Part shown: one piece after another, positions 48,997-53,429 of the stretch
Position numbering within the stretch: the stretch's first letter is position 1
Layout: each line of letters opens with the position of its first letter
Source of the DNA: an uncultured Anaerolineales bacterium
GTDB lineage: Bacteria > Planctomycetota > Phycisphaerae > FEN-1346
NCBI GenBank assembly: GCA_964577175.1
Contig: CAZNYC010000004.1
Location: forward strand, 15,804 to 69,232
Direction: 5' to 3'
DNA length: 53,429 nucleotides
Position numbers and translations under genes: made by a program
Notes under the pieces: generated by a model
The model's input: the letters and a program-made list of their open reading frames with translations, nothing else
Databases searched by the model: none
What the model was told of the DNA's origin: nothing

Positions 48997-50148
48997 CTAC
49001 AGGTCCCGCGCCTTCCGGTGCCACGCCTCCTGTGCCGCACGCATCTGGGCGAGGGAATCGCCGCCGAACCGTTCGACCATCGCGCCGGCGAGTTCGGTGG
49101 CCACTACCGCCTCGACGACGACGCTGGCCGCCGGCACGGCGCAGACGTCGCTCCGCTCGTAGGCGGCCTCCTCGGGCTGCCGGGTCGCCAGGTCCACGGA
49201 CGCGAGCGGTGCCTTGAGCGTCGAAATCGGTTTCATGGCGGCCGAGAGGACGAGCGGGGCCCCGTTCGTCATGCCGCCCTCCAGCCCGCCGGCCCGGTTC
49301 GTGGGGCGGACGAACCCCGCCGACGGCCCGTCGCGCACGCTCTCGTCCAGCGCGATGGCGTCGTGCACCTGGCTGCCCGGCCGCTCGGCCACGCCGAAGC
49401 CGAGGCCGATCTCCACGCCCTTGATGGCCTGGATGCTCATGACGGCCCGCGCCAGGCGGCCGTCCAGTTTCCGCGTCCATTGCGTGTGGCTGCCCAGGCC
49501 GGGCGGCACGCCGGTCGCCATGCACCGGATGCGGCCGCCGAGCGTGTCGCCGGCGTCGCGGGCCTCGTCGATGGCGGCCGTCATGGCTGCGGAGGCGTCG
49601 GCGTCCGGGCAGTAGACCTCGCTCTCGTCGCGGAGGCGGACGCAGGCCTCCAGGTCGGCGGGCACGTCGTCCGGTGCCGCCGCGGGGCCGATGCGCGTGA
49701 CCCAGGCGGCGACGCGGATGCCGAACTCCGCGAGGAGCGCCTTGGCCAGGCCGCCGGCGGCGACGCGGCCGGCCGTCTCGCGGGCGCTGGCCCGTTCCAG
49801 GACGTTCCGCACATCCGGGTCGAGGTATTTCAGTGCCCCCGCCAGGTCGGCGTGGCCGGGCCGAGGACGGGTGACGGCCGGGGCCTCCTCCAGCCGCGAG
49901 TCGCGGTTCCGGACGAGCAGGGCGACGGGGCCGGGCATCGTCCGGCCGCCGCGGACGCCGGCCAGGACCTCGACCCGGTCGGACTCGATTCTCTGCCGGC
50001 CGCCGCGCCCGTAGCCGCCCTGGCGGCGGGCCAGGTCGGCGTCGATGCGGTCGGTGTCGACGGGCACGCCGGCCGGGAAGCCCTCGATGAGGGCCAGGAT
50101 GGCCGGGCCGTGCGATTCGCCGGCGGTTCGGACTAGAAGATCGGCCAT
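48997..50148 (-). CDS. aroC: Chorismate synthase
   Basis: [46 protein letters not shown] and ERSDVCAVP. Confidence 0.97.
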   Translation of the reverse strand: MADLLVRTAGESHGPAILALIEGFPAGVPVDTDRIDADLARRQGGYGRGGRQRIESDRVEVLAGVRGGRTMPGPVALLVRNRDSRLEEAPAVTRPRPGHADLAGALKYLDPDVRNVLERASARETAGRVAAGGLAKALLAEFGIRVAAWVTRIGPAAAPDDVPADLEACVRLRDESEVYCPDADASAAMTAAIDEARDAGDTLGGRIRCMATGVPPGLGSHTQWTRKLDGRLARAVMSIQAIKGVEIGLGFGVAERPGSQVHDAIALDESVRDGPSAGFVRPTNRAGGLEGGMTNGAPLVLSAAMKPISTLKAPLASVDLATRQPEEAAYERSDVCAVPAASVVVEAVVATELAGAMVERFGGDSLAQMRAAQEAWHRKARDL

Positions 50149-50213
50149 GGGAGCCTCGTGGGCGGACGGGCCCGTTGCCGTTTGAGCCGGCCGAACGCCT
50201 GGGCGCGCGCCGT

Positions 50214-50308
50214 TTGAGCCGGCTGCGGAAGCAGCCGGGCATCGTCATCGGCGGTGGCACGTGCCACGGCGGACGTCGATGACCCGCCGCTCCCGCGGCG
50301 GGCTCGAA
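50214..50308. repeat. Large imperfect palindrome (family D arms around GTGGCACGTGCCAC)
   Basis: Perfect 14-bp centre at 50254-50267; arms are related to 53343-53397 and 2888-2928. Confidence 0.7.
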
Positions 50309-50343
50309 AGGCAGCCCGCTCGAACGGCGCAGCTCGAACGCCC

Positions 50344-51231
50344 CTACGCGAACGTCTGCCCGGTGAGCCGCTCGTACGCCTCCACGTACTTCTCGCGGGT
50401 CTGGGCGACGATGTCGTCGGGCAGGTCCGGGCCGGGCGGCGTCTTGTCCCAATCGAGCGTATCGAGATAGTTTCGGACGAATTGCTTGTCGAAACTCGCC
50501 TGGTCGCGGCCGGGCTCGTAGTCGTCGGCCGGCCAGAAGCGGGAGGAGTCCGGCGTCAGGACCTCGTCGATGAGGATGATCTCGTCGCCGGCGCGGCCCC
50601 ACTCGAACTTGGTGTCGGCGATCAGGATGCCGCGCTCCCGCGCGTAGTCCGCCGCCTTCTTGTACAGGGCGATGCTGCGGTCACGGAGGGTGGCGGCCAC
50701 GTCGTCGCCGACGATCTCGGCCGCCTGCTCCGGCGAGATGTTCTCGTCGTGGCCCGACTCGGCCTTCGTGGCCGGCGTGAAGATCGGCTCGGGCAGGGCG
50801 TCGCACTGCGCGAGGCCCTCCGGCAACTCGATGCCGCACACCGTGCCCCGGTCGCGGTACTCCCGCCAGCCGGACCCTGCCAGGTACCCGCGGACGACAC
50901 ACTCGACCGGGTACACCTCGGCCTTGCGGCAGAGCATGCTCCGGCCGGCGAGGGCGTCGGCGTGGCCCCGGAGTTCGGCCGGCATCTCCGCCACCTCGGC
51001 CGTCACCAGGTGGTTCGGCGTCACGTCCGACAGGAAGTCGAACCACCACACGCTGAGGCCGGTGAGGATGCGGCCCTTGTCGGGAATGCCCGTCGGCATG
51101 ACGACGTCGTAGGCGCTGATGCGGTCCGTGGCGACGATGAGCAGGTGCTCGCCCAGGTCGTAGATGTCGCGGACCTTGCCGCGGCGCACGTCGAGGCCCG
51201 GGAGTTTCGTTTCGCGGACGACGGTATTCAT
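50344..51231 (-). CDS. purC: Phosphoribosylaminoimidazolesuccinocarboxamide synthase
   Basis: [47 protein letters not shown] and DKQFVR. Confidence 0.97.
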   Translation of the reverse strand: MNTVVRETKLPGLDVRRGKVRDIYDLGEHLLIVATDRISAYDVVMPTGIPDKGRILTGLSVWWFDFLSDVTPNHLVTAEVAEMPAELRGHADALAGRSMLCRKAEVYPVECVVRGYLAGSGWREYRDRGTVCGIELPEGLAQCDALPEPIFTPATKAESGHDENISPEQAAEIVGDDVAATLRDRSIALYKKAADYARERGILIADTKFEWGRAGDEIILIDEVLTPDSSRFWPADDYEPGRDQASFDKQFVRNYLDTLDWDKTPPGPDLPDDIVAQTREKYVEAYERLTGQTFA

Positions 51232-51578
51232 GGTGCGTCCCCCATCCGGGTTCAGGTTCCCCGGAGCGTACTGTAGCCGGGCCGCGGCGGCGGCGTCAAG
51301 CGTTATTCGGTTTTAGGCCTATGTACCTGACGCCACCGACCGCAACCCGTGGGGCACTGTCCGAGGGCGCCGATCAACCCCGTGGGCTTGGTGGCGTGAA
51401 CGGAATAGCCCTATTCGGTTTTGGCGGCGAAAGCGAACGGCCGGAAGCCGATGAAGAGCCGGGCTCGCCCCGGATTTCCGTTGAGCACCGGCGGGCGGAC
51501 CCTATAATCGCCCGTGCAACCGAAACCGAGCCACCGCCGCGGTTCCCCGCGGCCGTCCCCGTAACGGAAAGCGTGCCC

Positions 51579-53132
51579 GTGTTAGCATTCGACGTGCTCG
51601 TCGACGGCCAGCCGCCCGCCGACCTCGATCTGGACCGCATGTATCTGACGAGCCAGGAGGGGCAGCCGATCCGCGCCCGCTTCCGGTACAACGCCGAGAT
51701 CGGCCGCCTCTTCTGCGACCGGTCCGGCCAGGGACTGGCGGCGCTGAACCTGTTCTGGACGGTCCGCAGCGGGTCGCGGCTCATGCTGCGGACCGCGCTG
51801 CTCCAGGACAGCGAGGAGCCGTACCTCCTGACGCTGGAACTCGCCCGCGGCCGGTTGGCCGACGTGTGGCGCAAACGCGACGACTGGGGCTACGTCTTCG
51901 GCGGCCCCACGCCGGCGGTGGAGGAGGAGTTCCAGGAAATCCGCCTGTTGCTGGCCAAGGCCCAGACGGTCCGCAGCACGGCCCGGGCGGCGGGCGACCT
52001 GGCCCAGGAGGCCCTCAGCCGTGCCGTGGCCCTCGGCGAGACGATGGCCGGCGAGGACGCCCGACAGGGCATCGCCATCCGCCGGCGGGAGGGCGGCCTG
52101 CCCACCGTCGACTTCGGCTGCCATTGGGACCTCGCCGACGCCTCCGACGAGCCCCGCCGCCAGTTCGGCAAGACGTTCAACTACGCCAGCCTGCCGTTTA
52201 CCTGGCGCCGCATCGAGCCCCGCGAGCAGGAGTATCAGTGGGACTGGCACGATGCCTGCGTCGAGTGGCTCGAGGGCACCGGCATCGTCATCAAGGGCGC
52301 CTCGCCCGTCCGGTTCACCGAGACGGCACTGCCCGACTGGGTCTGGATCTGGGAAAACGACTTCGAGACCGTCCGCGACCTCGTCTTCGACCACGTCGAA
52401 CGGTGCGTGCAGCGGTACCGCGGCCGCATCGACCACTGGGACGCCGTCACCGGCCTGCACGTCGAGAACTGCCTGAAGTTCTCGCTCGACCGGATCATCG
52501 AGATGACGCGCATCTGCGCCCACGCCGTCAAGCGGACGGACCCGTCGGCGACGGTCATGCTGAACCTGATCTACCCGTGGGGCGAGTATTACGCCACCAA
52601 CCAGCGCTCCATCTGGCCGTACCATTATGCCGAAATGTGCATGAACGCCGGCGTCACGTTCGACGCCGTGGGTCTGGAGGTCTACTTCGGCGCCGACGAC
52701 CTCGGTTACGCCGTCCGCGACATGCTGGCCGTCTCGAACCAGTTGGACCGCTTCAGCGGGCTGGGCAAACCCGTCCACGTGACCGCGTGCGGGGTGCCGT
52801 CGGCGACCGACCCCGATCCCCAGGCCGCCGTCGGCGATGCCGAGACCCGCGCCGATGTGGCGGGCGTGTGGCGAAAACCGTGGGACGAGGTCGTCCAGTC
52901 CGACTGGATCGACGCCTTCTACCGCGTCGCCATCTCCAAGCCGTTCGTCCGCGCCATCTCGTGGCGTGATTTCAGCGACGCCGAGCCGCACTACTTCCCG
53001 CACGCCGGCCTGATGCGGCCGGACGGCAAACCGAAGATCGCCTTCCAGCGTCTGGGGGCCCTGCGGCAGGAGATCTGGCCCGGCGCCGGACCCGTCGGCG
53101 GCGGCGACGCCAACGTCGTCTTTCCCGAGTAA
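51579..53132 (+). CDS. GH10-like TIM-barrel protein, catalytic glutamates absent
   Basis: FNYASLPFTWRRIEP, LPDWV, VQRYRGRIDHWDAV, FDAVGLE, GKPVHVT and GLMRPDGKPKIAF. Start uncertain. Confidence 0.8.
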   Translation: MLAFDVLVDGQPPADLDLDRMYLTSQEGQPIRARFRYNAEIGRLFCDRSGQGLAALNLFWTVRSGSRLMLRTALLQDSEEPYLLTLELARGRLADVWRKRDDWGYVFGGPTPAVEEEFQEIRLLLAKAQTVRSTARAAGDLAQEALSRAVALGETMAGEDARQGIAIRRREGGLPTVDFGCHWDLADASDEPRRQFGKTFNYASLPFTWRRIEPREQEYQWDWHDACVEWLEGTGIVIKGASPVRFTETALPDWVWIWENDFETVRDLVFDHVERCVQRYRGRIDHWDAVTGLHVENCLKFSLDRIIEMTRICAHAVKRTDPSATVMLNLIYPWGEYYATNQRSIWPYHYAEMCMNAGVTFDAVGLEVYFGADDLGYAVRDMLAVSNQLDRFSGLGKPVHVTACGVPSATDPDPQAAVGDAETRADVAGVWRKPWDEVVQSDWIDAFYRVAISKPFVRAISWRDFSDAEPHYFPHAGLMRPDGKPKIAFQRLGALRQEIWPGAGPVGGGDANVVFPE

Positions 53133-53158
53133 CACCGCCCCGAGAGATACGGCATTGA

Positions 53159-53429
53159 GCGCGGCGGGTCTCCGCACCCCCCGCGCGCCAAGTGCCACGG
53201 CCGGCCTTGGCCGGCCGTGCGATGGAGTGGCCGGGGCCGTGCGTTTCGGGGACCGGGAGCACGGCGGGGCAAGACCCGCCGTGGCACATGCGCTTCCAGC
53301 CCCCTGCCACGGCCGGCCTAGGCCGGCTATCTCTATCCGCCGTGGCACGTGCCAGGCCGGATGAGGATGACCCGCTGCTTCCGCAGCGGGTTCGAACGCC
53401 GGCCGGCTCGAAAAACGGGTCTCGAACGG
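53159..53429. repeat. Cluster of REP-like families A, B and D
   Basis: Family A at 53159-53186; family B pair at 53192-53220 and 53259-53287; TGGCACGTGCCA at 53343-53354 followed by a family D arm. Confidence 0.8.

Overview
High-GC bacterial chromosomal segment. Gene content (HzsA-like protein, tandem DUF4159, MoxR, GH10-like protein, FlgM-like protein) suggests Planctomycetota; this is inference, not a phylogeny. About 35 CDS. Housekeeping genes: bioA, bioD, aroC, purC, a P-type ATPase, a Ca/Na antiporter and an SSS transporter. Other blocks: a diadenylate cyclase + two radical SAM operon, and a signalling block (three histidine kinases, two response regulators, an orphan sigma-28). The most striking accessory locus is 12.1-22.1 kb. 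It holds an EctR-like MarR regulator, a decayed DUF3800 gene followed by a convergent putative small RNA, and then two non-pyrrolysine MttB methyltransferases, a SAM methyltransferase, MarC and two asparagine-synthetase paralogues, one with a dead glutaminase site. This is a candidate undescribed small-molecule (osmolyte-like) pathway. Intergenic DNA carries several REP-like palindrome families and two kinds of MITE, and one REP pair lies in frame inside the P-type ATPase. No rRNA, tRNA, CRISPR array or transposase was seen. All family calls come from motif recognition by eye; no searches were run.
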